Source: a virus. From it: 64,000 nucleotides of DNA. This document shows positions 29,095 to 39,794 of this stretch, one piece after another (within the stretch, counting starts at the first letter, position 1; each line of letters opens with the position of its first letter). The notes under the pieces were generated by a model. It did not search any database. It was not told the origin of the DNA and saw only the letters and a list, made by a program, of their open reading frames with translations. A program made the position numbers and the translations under genes. The stretch covers positions 1-64,000 of IMG/VR virus record IMGVR_UViG_3300035169_000087; one strand, given 5' to 3'.

Positions 29095-29990
29095 CCGACA
29101 TCCGGGCGGTGGACGTACCAGAGGTCCGGGCTGAGCTGATCGACTACATGCGTAGTGATCTCGGCGCCGGAGTGTTCGGGATCTTCAAGAGCATGGGCCT
29201 GCTACCGGTCGGCGGCACCGCGCAGGAGATCGCCGACGCAGAGGCCAAACGCCTCGGCGGGGATCTCTACTTCGTCGGCGCGGACATGGTGGAGCTCTCA
29301 CGGCACGCCGTCAAAAGCCTGCCCGAGTTCAAACTGGCACCCGAGGACCTGCCGTCCAAGTCCGGGTTCATCGTGTTCGAGACACCGATCGGGACTGTGA
29401 AGCAGGACCTGATCGCGGCGCCCGTCCCGAAGGAATACTCGATCGGCGCCGCGGCGTGGGGGCACTTCAGCACGGGACACGGGAACACGGGCGCATGGAT
29501 CAGTTGGTATTCCGACCAGCGCGCGACCGCACAGCCGGCGGCATGGCCGACACGGTATGTGTTCGACCACGAATTCATCGTGCCGTTCGAGGTGCAGCAC
29601 ACCTCGTTCGTCGACCCGTTCCACGGGGAAGTGCTCGACGGCGTCCCGCAGCTGCTCGACATGCTGCGGGTCACGTGGCTGCTCATGCAGCAGCCGATCG
29701 CGACCGATGAGCGGGTGGAGACGTACCGGGCGGCGCGCAGGCGCTTGGAGCGGGCCGGGCACGAGCCTGCGGCGGTCCGGGTGATCCGGCTGCGCCGCGC
29801 CGCGCATGCCCCCGGTTCGGGCGAGTCAGAGCACGAATATCATCACACGTGGATCGTGCGGGGTCATTGGCGTCAGCAGTGGTATCCGAGTCGTGAGGTC
29901 CACCGGCCGGTGTGGATCGCGCCGCATGTCAAGGGGCCGGAAGGCGCTCCCCTGATCGGTGGGGAGAAGGTCCATGCCTGGGTTCGGTGA
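29091..29990 (+). CDS. Conserved actinophage hypothetical protein
   Basis: C-terminal WIVRGHWRQQWYPS...WIAPHVKGP motif. Confidence 0.7.
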   Translation: MTDIRAVDVPEVRAELIDYMRSDLGAGVFGIFKSMGLLPVGGTAQEIADAEAKRLGGDLYFVGADMVELSRHAVKSLPEFKLAPEDLPSKSGFIVFETPIGTVKQDLIAAPVPKEYSIGAAAWGHFSTGHGNTGAWISWYSDQRATAQPAAWPTRYVFDHEFIVPFEVQHTSFVDPFHGEVLDGVPQLLDMLRVTWLLMQQPIATDERVETYRAARRRLERAGHEPAAVRVIRLRRAAHAPGSGESEHEYHHTWIVRGHWRQQWYPSREVHRPVWIAPHVKGPEGAPLIGGEKVHAWVR

Positions 29991-30084
29991 CGGGGTGACC
30001 TGTTGTCCTCGCTGCGGTTGCCGTGTCCACGCGACGGGCGCGGGCCTGCTCGAGCAGGACACGCACCGCCTCGGCGTGCTCGGG

Positions 30085-30333
30085 TCAGCCGGCCCTCGGC
30101 GCCTCGTCCGCCTCGATCAACTCCAGCACGGCGCTGGCGTTCTTCTCGATCCACTCAGCAACCCACGCGGGCACGATCGCGGCGGCGCGGTCCTTGCGGT
30201 TCATGACGTAGGCGATCGGAAGCTCGCCCAGTTCGAAGCGGGCAGCGCGCGCGGCCTGGGTGATTTGGCCGAGCTGCTTGTAGACGTCGCCAGTGGCGAT
30301 CTCGGTCTTGGTCACTTTGGCTTCCTTGGTCAC
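30085..30333 (-). CDS. Orphan Phd/YefM-antitoxin-like protein, leaderless
   Basis: TACACT-N6-GTG; IATGDVYKQLGQI...YVMNRKDRAAAIVP resembles the Phd N-terminal pattern. Confidence 0.5.
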   Translation of the reverse strand: MTKEAKVTKTEIATGDVYKQLGQITQAARAARFELGELPIAYVMNRKDRAAAIVPAWVAEWIEKNASAVLELIEADEAPRAG

Positions 30334-30472
30334 GCTGGGAGTGTACCCAGTCTTCGACAACATGCTAATTCACTCTGTAGTCCAAAACAAGCACTACAAG
30401 GACTTCCAGAACTTCTTGAACTTCAGTATGGTGGACCCACCGGCACAGCACAAGAGCCAGAGGAGTCCCCCC

Positions 30473-30838
30473 ATGACGGACCTTGCCGACCTGCTCGAAC
30501 TCACCAAGCTCGGCGCCGAGGAATCCTTCGGACGCTACGCGAGTTGCTTCGCCGGCTGCGGCGGACATGCCGACCCCTCCACCAGGCACTCACACTCCAC
30601 GCCGCTGGAGTTCTTCGGCGAGTTCGGAGTCACGGTGGCCCAATTCGACGGCCAGCCCGCACGGGTCAAGCACGTCGACCAGCCCACCCCCGAAGCCACG
30701 TACACCCCGGACGAGGCGCGGCTGGTCGCCTACCAGTTCTTGCTCGCCGCGGACTTCGCCGACCGGCTCAACGTGACCACGACCACCGCCGAACTCGCGC
30801 TTCGGCTCGGCGAGAAGTTGGCCGCGATCAAGGGCTAG
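30473..30838 (+). CDS. Hypothetical protein
   Basis: GAGGAG RBS; C...C.GH...H and YTPDEAR.VA. Confidence 0.6.
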   Translation: MTDLADLLELTKLGAEESFGRYASCFAGCGGHADPSTRHSHSTPLEFFGEFGVTVAQFDGQPARVKHVDQPTPEATYTPDEARLVAYQFLLAADFADRLNVTTTTAELALRLGEKLAAIKG

Positions 30839-30919
30839 GGCCGCGACATACCCAACCGGAGACCGCTCCGGGACGCAGCCCACCCATCCACCCTCTCGGG
30901 GAAAGCGAAGCAACAGCAC

Positions 30920-31423
30920 ATGGCCAACACCAAGCAGCGTCAAGCGCAACGACGCGGCTGGCTCGTCCGGATGGACCCGGACTTCTACGTCGATATGAGC
31001 TTCGGGCGTCACTGCGACCGCCGAGCGCGATTCGCCTACATCGACAGCCTGTTCTACCTGGCGTCCACCGACGGACCTGACGGCATCTACCCATTCGTCG
31101 AGCTCGCCCGCGAGTTCTCGATCGGCGCCGAGTCCGTGGCCGCGCAACTCGTCTCGATCGGCGCATGGGATGACCTCGCGCTGGGGTTCCGCGTCCACCC
31201 ACGCGCCGGCTGCCGTGTAGTGGCCGACGGACGCATCCCCGTCCCCTCCTGGCTACGGCAGGCGGTCTTCGATCGCGACGGCCACGCCTGCGTGGAGTGC
31301 GGCGCGACAAAGGATCTCGCTCTCGACCACATCTATCCCTGGTCGCTCGGCGGTCCGGACACCTTCGAAAATCTGCGCGTGCTGTGCAAGCCGTGCAACA
31401 GCAGCAAGGGGGCGACGGTCTAA
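30920..31423 (+). CDS. HNH endonuclease
   Basis: VFDRDGHACVECG...LDHIYPWSLGG....NLRVLCKPCNSSKG. Confidence 0.9.
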   Translation: MANTKQRQAQRRGWLVRMDPDFYVDMSFGRHCDRRARFAYIDSLFYLASTDGPDGIYPFVELAREFSIGAESVAAQLVSIGAWDDLALGFRVHPRAGCRVVADGRIPVPSWLRQAVFDRDGHACVECGATKDLALDHIYPWSLGGPDTFENLRVLCKPCNSSKGATV

Positions 31424-32544
31424 TGGCCCGCGCATTCGGCAAGATCTTCGCCAGCCAGTGGGACGATGAGGACTTCCTCACCCTCGGAGCGGACGCCAAG
31501 TACGTCTACGACTTCCTGGTCGCGCAATCAGACCTCGGCCACTCCGGCATCATCACGCTGCGCGTCGCGCCCTGGGCCCGACGGCTGAGCAAGGCCATCG
31601 GCGAGGTTGAGGCCGCGCTCCGTGAGCTGCACCAGCGCCGGTACATCGTCGCGGACGACGACGAAATGCTCCTGCTCGTCCGTTCGCTGATCCGACGCGA
31701 CGACGTGTACAAGCAACCGAACGTCTTCAAGTCCGCCGCCAGCCAGATCTACGCGTGCCCGTCGAAGCCCATCCGCGCGGTGTTGCTGTCCGAACTCGAG
31801 CGGCTTGACGAGTCGGCGATGAAAGGCGACACCGTACAGGTCTGCGCAGACCTGATCGCGTGGCTCAGGAAGACTTGCGGGAACCCTTCCCCGAACCCTT
31901 CCGGTGGGGGTAGCCGGAACCCTCAAGGCGACGCATCGCCTGATATCTCCGAATACGGACACGCTCCCGGTATTCCCACAGGTGGGGAGGGTTCCGTTAA
32001 CCCTTCCGGGAACCCTCTCCCGCGTGCGCCCGCGTGCGCGGGCGTTCCCCTACCCCTACCCCTGCCCCTGGCTCCTTCCGAGAACCCTTCCGCGGCTGAC
32101 GCCGCGGCGCCGGAGTCGGATGCGTTGTTCGACGCTCCCATTGCCGAGGTCTGCGTCGGCGAAGACGAGCCGGAGTCGAACGCCGGGACTCTCGTCGCCG
32201 AGTGGATCGAGTCGAGACCCGGAAACCGGCCGCCCGGCCGGATCATCGGGCGCGTCGGCAAGGAACTGCGGGTCCTGCTCGAAGAGGACCGCATCCCGTA
32301 CGAGACCGTCCGCGACGGTTTCATGGCCTGGGACCGCAAGGGCGCCGACCCCTCGGCGATCTCTTCGTTCGTCAACCAGACGCAGGCCGCTCGCGCCCGC
32401 GGTCTCCTGCCAGGGCAGCGCCCTTCGACGACGACCCGGATCGTGGACCAGGGCGTCGACCTGATCCGCAAGATGGCGCAGGAAGACGGCGTCGACCTCG
32501 CCGACGTGCTGCCCTTCGCCCGGCGCGGGGAGTTGACGGCGTGA
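31423..32544 (+). CDS. Phage replication initiator (replisome organiser)
   Basis: MAR.FGKI....WDDEDF..L N-terminus; internal iteron-like repeats; upstream of DnaB. Confidence 0.75.
   Translation: MARAFGKIFASQWDDEDFLTLGADAKYVYDFLVAQSDLGHSGIITLRVAPWARRLSKAIGEVEAALRELHQRRYIVADDDEMLLLVRSLIRRDDVYKQPNVFKSAASQIYACPSKPIRAVLLSELERLDESAMKGDTVQVCADLIAWLRKTCGNPSPNPSGGGSRNPQGDASPDISEYGHAPGIPTGGEGSVNPSGNPLPRAPACAGVPLPLPLPLAPSENPSAADAAAPESDALFDAPIAEVCVGEDEPESNAGTLVAEWIESRPGNRPPGRIIGRVGKELRVLLEEDRIPYETVRDGFMAWDRKGADPSAISSFVNQTQAARARGLLPGQRPSTTTRIVDQGVDLIRKMAQEDGVDLADVLPFARRGELTA
31881..32091. repeat. Iteron-like AACCCT(T)CC cluster, putative origin
   Basis: Copies at 31881, 31893, 31917, 31999, 32010, 32082 and an inverted copy near 31984-31995. 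Confidence 0.6.
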
Positions 32545-32882
32545 ACCGCATCGAAGCCGGCGTGCTGCTCACGTACATCGCGCGGGTGGATCACCGCACG
32601 TGGGGTGAGGACGACGCGGCGGCGTACGCGGACCTGCTCGATGACATCTCGCTCGCTGACGCAACGTTCGCGGCCCGCGCTCACCTGCGTGAGGACAACG
32701 CGTGGCTGACCCCGGCGCTCATCCGCCGCCGCGTACTCGAAGGGCGCAAGCAGCTGCCCGCAGCGGACTGGTGCGGCCAGTGCAACGAGAACACCTGGTG
32801 GATCGAGGACCCCGACACGCGCAGACCGCTGCGCCGCTGCCCGAACTGCCACCCCCTAAGCCGGAAGGCGAGCACGCCATGA
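32541..32882 (+). CDS. Helicase loader/inhibitor-like protein
   Basis: EAGVLL..IA.VD.R, WLTPA.IR, C-terminal CxxC pairs; between initiator and DnaB. Confidence 0.55.
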   Translation: MNRIEAGVLLTYIARVDHRTWGEDDAAAYADLLDDISLADATFAARAHLREDNAWLTPALIRRRVLEGRKQLPAADWCGQCNENTWWIEDPDTRRPLRRCPNCHPLSRKASTP

Positions 32883-34195
32883 CGGACCGCACACCCCCGC
32901 AGGACCTCGACGCCGAGATGGCCACACTCGGCGGGATGCTCGGCTACCAGCGGGCCATCGCCGAGGTCTCCGAGATCCTGATCCCCGCCGACTTTTACAA
33001 GCCCGCCAACGAATTGATCTACGCGGCGATGCTCGATCTGGACACGGCCGGGCAGCCCGTCGACTCGCTCACCGTCGTCGCGGAACTCGACCGGCGAAAC
33101 GAGCTGACCCGGGCCGGCGGCGCGCCGTACGTGCACCAGCTCGGCGCGTTCATCACCACCGCGGCGTCTGTGCTGTGGCACGCGCAGATCGTCCGTGACG
33201 TGGCCACCCGCCGGCGCATCATCGACGTCGGTACGCGCATCGCGCAGATGGGCTACGAGACCGACGACGCCTCGGATCTCGCGGAGATCGTGGACCGGGC
33301 GCAGGCCGAGGCGAACGCGATCAGCGAGCGCGCCGCCCGCGAGGATGACCCGACGGTGCGCGACGCGGCGGACGAGATCGTCGATGAACTGAAGAACGGC
33401 GTGGGGACGGGGTTGCAGACCGGGTTCCGGGATCTGGACCGGCTCACGCACGGACTGCAACCCGGACAGATGATCATCGTTGCGGCGCGGCCCGGCATGG
33501 GCAAATCAACCCTCGGACTCGACATCGTCCGGCACGTCTCCATCAAACGCGGACTGCCCTCGGTGTTCTTCTCCCTGGAGATGAACCGCAAGGAACTAGT
33601 GCGCCGCGCCATCTCGGCCGAGGGCAGCATCCCGCTGCACCACATGGCGCCCAACTGCATGAACCAGGACGACTGGCGGCGCCTGGAGCAGGTCTACGAG
33701 CGGGTCGTGCGCGCACCGATCACCGTGAACGACCGGCACGACCTGACGGTGATGCGGATGCGCTCCGAAGCCCGGCGCCTGAAGCAGACCACCGGCCTGG
33801 AACTGGCGGTCGTGGACTACGCGCAGCTCGCGCAGTCCGGCAGTTCGCGCAGGCATGAGAACCGACAGACCGAGGTCACGGAGATCTCCCGTCTGCTCAA
33901 GCTGCTCGGCAAGGAGCTGGGCATCCCGGTAGTGGTGCTCGCGCAGCTGAACCGGGGGCCGACGCAGCGCGCGGACAAGCGCCCGGTGATGAGCGACCTG
34001 CGCGAGTCCGGTTCCCTCGAGCAGGACGCCGATGTGGTTCTCCTGCTGCACCGCGAGGACGAATACGAGACCGAGTCCCCGCGTGCCGGCGAGGCGGACT
34101 TCATCGTGGACAAGCACCGCAACGGCCCGAAGGCCACGATCACGGTCGCGTTCCAAGGCCACTACAGCCGCTTCGTGGACATGGCCCAGGCATGA
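32879..34195 (+). CDS. dnaB: Replicative DNA helicase DnaB
   Basis: PPQDLDAE, AARPGMGKS (Walker A), FSLEM, VDYAQL, QLNRG, DLRESGSLEQDAD, KHRNGP. Confidence 0.96.
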   Translation: MTDRTPPQDLDAEMATLGGMLGYQRAIAEVSEILIPADFYKPANELIYAAMLDLDTAGQPVDSLTVVAELDRRNELTRAGGAPYVHQLGAFITTAASVLWHAQIVRDVATRRRIIDVGTRIAQMGYETDDASDLAEIVDRAQAEANAISERAAREDDPTVRDAADEIVDELKNGVGTGLQTGFRDLDRLTHGLQPGQMIIVAARPGMGKSTLGLDIVRHVSIKRGLPSVFFSLEMNRKELVRRAISAEGSIPLHHMAPNCMNQDDWRRLEQVYERVVRAPITVNDRHDLTVMRMRSEARRLKQTTGLELAVVDYAQLAQSGSSRRHENRQTEVTEISRLLKLLGKELGIPVVVLAQLNRGPTQRADKRPVMSDLRESGSLEQDADVVLLLHREDEYETESPRAGEADFIVDKHRNGPKATITVAFQGHYSRFVDMAQA

Positions 34196-35482
34196 GCGCG
34201 CCCACGACGTGCGACGACGCACCGACCGCCGAGGACTTCCTCGAGGAGGCCGCGGCCCGGCTTGACCGGCTTGCGCAGCGCGGCATGACTCCCGGCTCGG
34301 ACATCTACGAGTTGTGGCGTGTCCTCGCCCAGCTCACCGCCGCACTACGCGCCATGGCCGGCCCGCCAACCGCGGCCGAAGCCTGACCTCACCTGTCCCA
34401 GACGGCCGCCCCACCACACCCGCGAAACCAGCCCGCACAACACGAAGGATAGCGATGACCAGCAACGATACCGCCGCAACGAAGTCCACTGAGACCCGCT
34501 CCGAGAGCGACAACGCCGACAAGGCCAACGCCCAGGGCCCGCGTACCGGGCGCTGCGCCAAATGCTCGCGGCTCCTGCCGCTGTTCGCGTTCGAGATCGT
34601 CACCTCCAGCTTCCACGCCATCGAGTCCCGCACCGTGTGGCTGTGCGTCCGCGACTGGTCCGAGGCGAAGGGCATGGACGAGCGCGACGCGGACGCCGAG
34701 GACTGGGACTACTGGCTGCCGCGCCGCCGCGAGGGCTGGAACGAGTTCGCGGCGGCCAGCACGACGATCGTCACGGCGGTGTCCCGATGACCAGCAACGA
34801 GACCAGCCTCGCGAAGATCCTCGACGACCTCGAAGCCGACGCCGTTGAGGGCTGCACCCTCGAAACGGTCGTGCTGTACGGCACGTACACCGACGGGCGC
34901 GGCGGCTACGCAGGGAACCTTCGCCGCTCCCTCACGCCCAGCGACCTGCGCGCGATCGCCACCGGGAACGCGGAACTCCGTGCACGACTCGACCAACTCA
35001 CCGACCGCGTCGTCACTGCCGAAGAGAAGAACCAGGACGACACCGGGCTCGCCCGCGAGAACACCGAGTTGCGCCGTCAGCTCGCCGACACACCCACCAG
35101 CGAAGCCGCGGTCGCGAAGCTGCGCGAATGGGTGCCCGACTATGAGGCGGGCGCGTCGCACATCGCGATGCCGGTCGCCACCGCCCGCAAACTGCTCGAC
35201 GTCGTGGACCGCGCCGAGAACGCACGCGACCAGATCGCCGGTCAGCTCGCCGAGGCACGCAACCTGCTGGCCGCGTCGGGCCGCGCGGAAGCGATCGCGA
35301 CCGCGCTGCGCATGTACGCCGACAAGCTCGACGCCGTTCCCCTGGAGTGCACTGCGCTGACCGGTCCCGTCTGGTACGGGCAGGGCTGGCGTGACGCGGT
35401 GAACCACCTGCGGGACCTGACGGACGGGCTGAGGACGGAGCCGGTCGCGGCGCGTGGACCGGACGCCGGGAGCGCCACGTGA
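34192..35482 (+). CDS. Three hypothetical ORFs (34192-34386, 34455-34790, 34787-35482)
   Basis: Coupled starts and GC3-rich frames; the last two both begin MTSN. Confidence 0.5.
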
Positions 35483-36255
35483 CCGCGCCCTACTTCGACG
35501 ACGGCCAGGTGCAGCTGTACCTCGGCGATGTCCGCGAGATCCTGCCGCAACTCGGAATCGCCGCCGATGTGATCGTCACTGACTGCCCGTACGGCGTCAC
35601 CAGCCACAAATGGGACCGGTGGGTCGAGAACTGGCCCACCCTGGCCGCGTCCGCCGCCCCCGCCATGTGGGCGTTCGGCACCCTCGGGATGTTCATGGCC
35701 CACGCCGCCGAGTTCAAGTCAGCGGGCTGGAAGCTCTCCCACGACGTGGTCGACGTGATCTGGGAGAAGCACAACCCCTCCGGCCCGGACGCCGACCGGT
35801 TCCGGCGCATCCATGAGCAGGCCGGGCTGTTCTACCGCGGCCCGTGGTCCGGGGTGCACCACGAGCCGCAGCGCATCACCACCGGCGTCGTGGAGCGCGG
35901 CCGGGTCATCGCGAGCCACAAGGACATCGGACACCGCAGCGCGTACACCGGCAGGGCCGACTGGGAGGACGACGGCACGCGGCTGCAGGTCTCGGTGATC
36001 CGCGCGCGGTCGATGCACCGGATGGGCAATATCGCGCCAACGCAGAAGCCGACGTCCGTGCTGGAGCAGTTGATCCGGTACAGCTGCCCGCGCGGCGGGA
36101 TGGTCCTGGACTTGTTCGCGGGTTCGGCCTCGACGCTGGTCGCGGCGCGGGCGTGCGGGCGCCGTGGGGCCGGCATCGAGGGCGACGAGGCGCAGATCGA
36201 GAAGGCCGCGATGCGCCTGTCGCAGGGCGTGCTGGACCTGGGCGGTGCGGCGTGA
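35479..36255 (+). CDS. N6-adenine/N4-cytosine DNA methyltransferase (beta class)
   Basis: LYLGD, TDCPYG (DPPY variant), IWEK, PTQKP, VLDLFAGSAST. Confidence 0.85.
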   Translation: MTAPYFDDGQVQLYLGDVREILPQLGIAADVIVTDCPYGVTSHKWDRWVENWPTLAASAAPAMWAFGTLGMFMAHAAEFKSAGWKLSHDVVDVIWEKHNPSGPDADRFRRIHEQAGLFYRGPWSGVHHEPQRITTGVVERGRVIASHKDIGHRSAYTGRADWEDDGTRLQVSVIRARSMHRMGNIAPTQKPTSVLEQLIRYSCPRGGMVLDLFAGSASTLVAARACGRRGAGIEGDEAQIEKAAMRLSQGVLDLGGAA

Positions 36256-37197
36256 CGTACCGCCGCCCGTCCCCCACCGTCCCGGCCGTGGCCCCACGCC
36301 GCCCGGTGTTCGCGCTCAACACCCCGACCGGCCCGTGCGCCCGCTGCCGCCAGCCGCACCACCGCTACGGGCCCGGCGGGCAGCCGCTGTGCCCCACATG
36401 CCGCCCGCCCGCAGCCAAGCCGTCCGCCGCCTGATCCACACGCTGTGCACAACGACCGACAGGAGAACCCGATGAACGACACCAGCAAGGCCACCGCCAC
36501 CCAGGAGCCCGAGTGGATCGACGACGGGCACCAGGTGCGCGTCACCCTCGACTACGCCCAGTTCACCTTCGCCGTCATCTGCCCGTCAGACGGTGTCGAC
36601 CTGACCGGCAAGGGCTGGGCCGACCTCCCGGCGTGCCGCCGCGCCGGAGACGACGACGGCAACCCCGACCCCGGCAAGTCGCCCACCGCGACCTGCGGGC
36701 TGGCGATGCTCGCCACGGAGTTCGCGACCGACGAGTTCTTCGACGAGAAGGCGCCCGCGTTCGAGGTGGTCTCGCCGTTCCCGGTCGAGTACCACTTCGG
36801 CTGGGACGGCGACGCGGTGTACGTGCGGCCGAAGACCCAGCCGGAGAGCGACGAGGCTAAGCGCCTGCTGATCGCCGATGCGTCCGCGTACCTCGCCGTG
36901 ATCCACCGGCACGCGAACCGTCACGACGTGCTCGGCGTTGACCTCGGCTGCGCCGGGTGCGCGCTGCTCGACCGGATCGAAGCCGAACCCGAGCTGCCGT
37001 TCACGCCGGTGGCGCGCGATGACCGGCACTTCTCCCCCGGCTACCGGGGTGAGATCCCGAACCACCTCGGCCGCGCGGAAACCTGCGTGTTCCCGGAGTG
37101 CCGCACCGCACAGAGCCAGCACGAGGCTGTCGCGGACATTCAGGACCTCACGTACGAGCTGTTCGCCGACCGCGACAGCCGGGACGGGGACGCGTGA
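36252..37197 (+). CDS. Small Zn-finger ORF (36252-36434) and hypothetical protein (36472-37197)
   Basis: CARC...YG.GG.PLCPTC; AGGAG RBS before 36472. Confidence 0.5.
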
Positions 37198-37568
37198 TGA
37201 CGCACACCGCGGCCGTCCCGTGGGCGAACACCCCACGCCCCCGCACCAGCCCGCCGAGCTCCGTCACCCGCGCCAAGTTCACCGACACCGAACCGGCCGG
37301 CGAGAACTGGCGACACCGTGCCGAGTGCGTGAATGAGGACCCTGAGTTGTTCTTCCCGATCGGGAACACCGGCCCAGCGCTCCTGCAGATCGAAGACGCG
37401 AAGGCCGTGTGCCGTCGCTGCGACGTGATCGACCGCTGCCTGACGTGGGCGCTGGAGTCCGGACAGGATCACGGCGTCGCGGGAGGCGCGAGCGAGGACG
37501 AGCGCCGGACCATGAAGCGCCGGGAGTCCCGCCGCCGCCAGCAAGACGCAAGGCGTGACGCCGCATGA
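37197..37568 (+). CDS. whiB: WhiB-family transcription factor
   Basis: WRHRAEC..EDPELFFP.GNTGPALLQIEDAKAVCRRCDV...CL.WALESGQD.GV.GG. Confidence 0.93.
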   Translation: MTHTAAVPWANTPRPRTSPPSSVTRAKFTDTEPAGENWRHRAECVNEDPELFFPIGNTGPALLQIEDAKAVCRRCDVIDRCLTWALESGQDHGVAGGASEDERRTMKRRESRRRQQDARRDAA

Positions 37569-38071
37569 CCGCCCCGACGGACGCGCCGGCCGCGACCGAC
37601 GACCTGCACGGCAAACCCCTGACCGCCCGCGAAGTACAGATCCTGCGGCTACTCGCCGACGGACACACCGACCCGAGCATCGCCACCGCGCTGCACCTCT
37701 CGCCGAACACCGTCAAAGCCCACATGCGCCGGATCTTCATCAAGCTCGGGGCGCGGTCCCGCGCCAACGCCGTTTCGCTCGGCTACCTGCAGCGCGTCCT
37801 GCTCGTGCCGGGGCCGGTGGCGGTCAAGGCGTTCCCGCGGGTGAGCGAGCAGGCGGTGCTGGTGCGCCGCTGGGTGTCCACGGGCAAGGCGCAGATCGTG
37901 CGGCGGGGCGCGGGTTTGACGCGGGCTCAGGTGGCGGCGGACTGCGGGGTCACCGGGGCGGTGGTCGCGGGCTGGGAGACCGGTGTGGGGCGGCCGTCGG
38001 GTGAGCCGTTGGAGGCGTACTACCGGGCGCTGGTGGCGATGGCTCAGGCCGCGGAAGAGCGGGCCGCGTGA
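37565..38071 (+). CDS. LuxR-HTH plus XRE-HTH fusion regulator
   Basis: LTAREVQILRLLADG...IA..LHLSPNTVKAH, then GLTRAQVAADCGVT...VAGWETG..RP. Confidence 0.8.
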   Translation: MTAPTDAPAATDDLHGKPLTAREVQILRLLADGHTDPSIATALHLSPNTVKAHMRRIFIKLGARSRANAVSLGYLQRVLLVPGPVAVKAFPRVSEQAVLVRRWVSTGKAQIVRRGAGLTRAQVAADCGVTGAVVAGWETGVGRPSGEPLEAYYRALVAMAQAAEERAA

Positions 38072-38365
38072 GCGTGGCGGGCGGCAGTCAGGGGGCGCGG
38101 AGCTCTCACAGCCCCGTAGAGCCTCTGGCGCGAAGCCACTCAAGCCTGTTTAGGCGTAAGCGAGTCCAGGCCGCCTACGGCCCGCACAGCCCGCTTCTCG
38201 GCGGTCGAAACCGCCATTCGCTCGGTGCAGCCGCAACCCGACAGCCCCGACAAGCCCCAAATGCACACAATCCGGAAGGACCCCAGTGACGCAACCCCTC
38301 GAAGCCGCCCCCGCCACGCTCGCCGCCGTCCAGATGGGCCACCACGAGACCGACAGGAGCGACCG

Positions 38366-38698
38366 GTGACCAGCCTCACGCCCGACCTGCTCGCCGCGTG
38401 GCCCGCACGCCCCGGCGCACCAGTCCTGATCGCAGACGCGGTCCTGGACGCCGTCCGCCACGGACACATCCCCCCGCACACCACCCCACCCGAACCGGCC
38501 CGCGGGCCACTGACCCCGCGCCAGCACCAGGTCCTCATGCTGCTCATGCGCGGACACACCAAGGCACGGATCGGGGCCGAGCTCGGGATCGCCGAGGACA
38601 CGGTGCGCAACCTGGTGCGGCAGGCGTACGAGCGGCTGGGCGCCCACAACCGGGTGCAGGCCGCGATCGCGCTCGGGATGCTCGGAGGCGAGCGGTGA
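38366..38698 (+). CDS. LuxR-type HTH protein
   Basis: LTPRQHQVLMLLMRG.T..RIG.ELGIAEDTVRN...LGAHNRVQA. Confidence 0.8.
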   Translation: MTSLTPDLLAAWPARPGAPVLIADAVLDAVRHGHIPPHTTPPEPARGPLTPRQHQVLMLLMRGHTKARIGAELGIAEDTVRNLVRQAYERLGAHNRVQAAIALGMLGGER

Positions 38699-39114
38699 CC
38701 GGCGACCTGCGCATGCGGATCGCCCGCGCCCTGGCCGACCACGCACAAGCCGACCTCGCACTGGACGCGCACCACTACGGCCCCGAGAAGTGGCTGTGCT
38801 GCGCCGACGCCGTACTCGCCGCGCTCCCGGACAGCCCCGACGACCTCGACCAGCTCATCCGCGAGCAAGCCGCCGCAGATCCGCGATTCGCAACCGGCTA
38901 CATCGAAGCCCAGTACTCGGCGCGCCTGCGTGCCCTCGATGACCTGTTGGCCGCCGTGTGGCTGTTCATCGACTGGCGGCACGTCACGGAGCGGCTGACG
39001 GCCGAGCAGAGGACGTTGTTCGCCGACGCGGTCGAGGCATCCAGCGCGCGCATCGCGCAGGCCGATCCGACGTATGGCGAGCCCGTGATGACGGACCGGT
39101 GGTGGCAGCCGTGA
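38695..39114 (+). CDS. Hypothetical protein
   Basis: GTGA coupling; W.FIDWRHVT..LT.EQR.LFADAV. Confidence 0.55.
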   Translation: MTGDLRMRIARALADHAQADLALDAHHYGPEKWLCCADAVLAALPDSPDDLDQLIREQAAADPRFATGYIEAQYSARLRALDDLLAAVWLFIDWRHVTERLTAEQRTLFADAVEASSARIAQADPTYGEPVMTDRWWQP

Positions 39115-39214
39115 CGTTGCATGTGGCCGCGCGTCTGCTGTGCGCTGTGGCGTCCGGCGTGTTCACCGGGCAAGTCGCGTGGATGCTCACCGGCGCGGCG
39201 AAAGGCGGCCGACC

Positions 39215-39670
39215 TTGAGCGACTACTGGCACGAGCAGCGCTACGACGACGCGTTCTTCGCGATCCACAGCCGAATGCCCGGCGAGCCCAAGCCCAAGCC
39301 GACCCGCATCCTGATCACCGGCAGTCGCGACTACACCAGCGTCCACGCCATGCGCACCGTCCTACGCGCCATCCTCGACGAACACGGCCAACACGCCGTC
39401 ATCGTCCACGGCGACGCACGCGGAGCCGACCGCCTCGCCGCCCAGATCGCCGAAGCCTTCGGCATGAAAACCGAGCCGTGGCCGGCCGACTGGGACCGGC
39501 GCGGCAAAGCCGCCGGGTTCATCCGCAACCAGGCGATGGTCGACGCAGGCGCGGACCTGTGCCTGGCGTTCCTCGTCGCAGGACTGCCGTGCAAGGGCAC
39601 GCGGGACTGTGCTCACCGCGCGGAAAAGGCAGGCATCCCGGTTCGCTGGCACACGCAGGGTGCGCGGTGA
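39215..39670 (+). CDS. SLOG superfamily (DUF2493/YspA-like) protein
   Basis: RILITGSRD, VIVHGDARGAD, ADW...GKAAG.IRNQAMVD, GT.DC. Confidence 0.85.
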   Translation: MSDYWHEQRYDDAFFAIHSRMPGEPKPKPTRILITGSRDYTSVHAMRTVLRAILDEHGQHAVIVHGDARGADRLAAQIAEAFGMKTEPWPADWDRRGKAAGFIRNQAMVDAGADLCLAFLVAGLPCKGTRDCAHRAEKAGIPVRWHTQGAR

Positions 39671-39794
39671 CGCGCCGCAAGCGTTGGCGTCCGCCCTGGC
39701 CGGTGCAGCTCGCCGGGGTGTTCGCCGCGTGCGCGGCAGCGGCGCTCACGTGGACCGAGGCGCTACGGCTACTGGGGATGCGGCGGTGAGCGGG

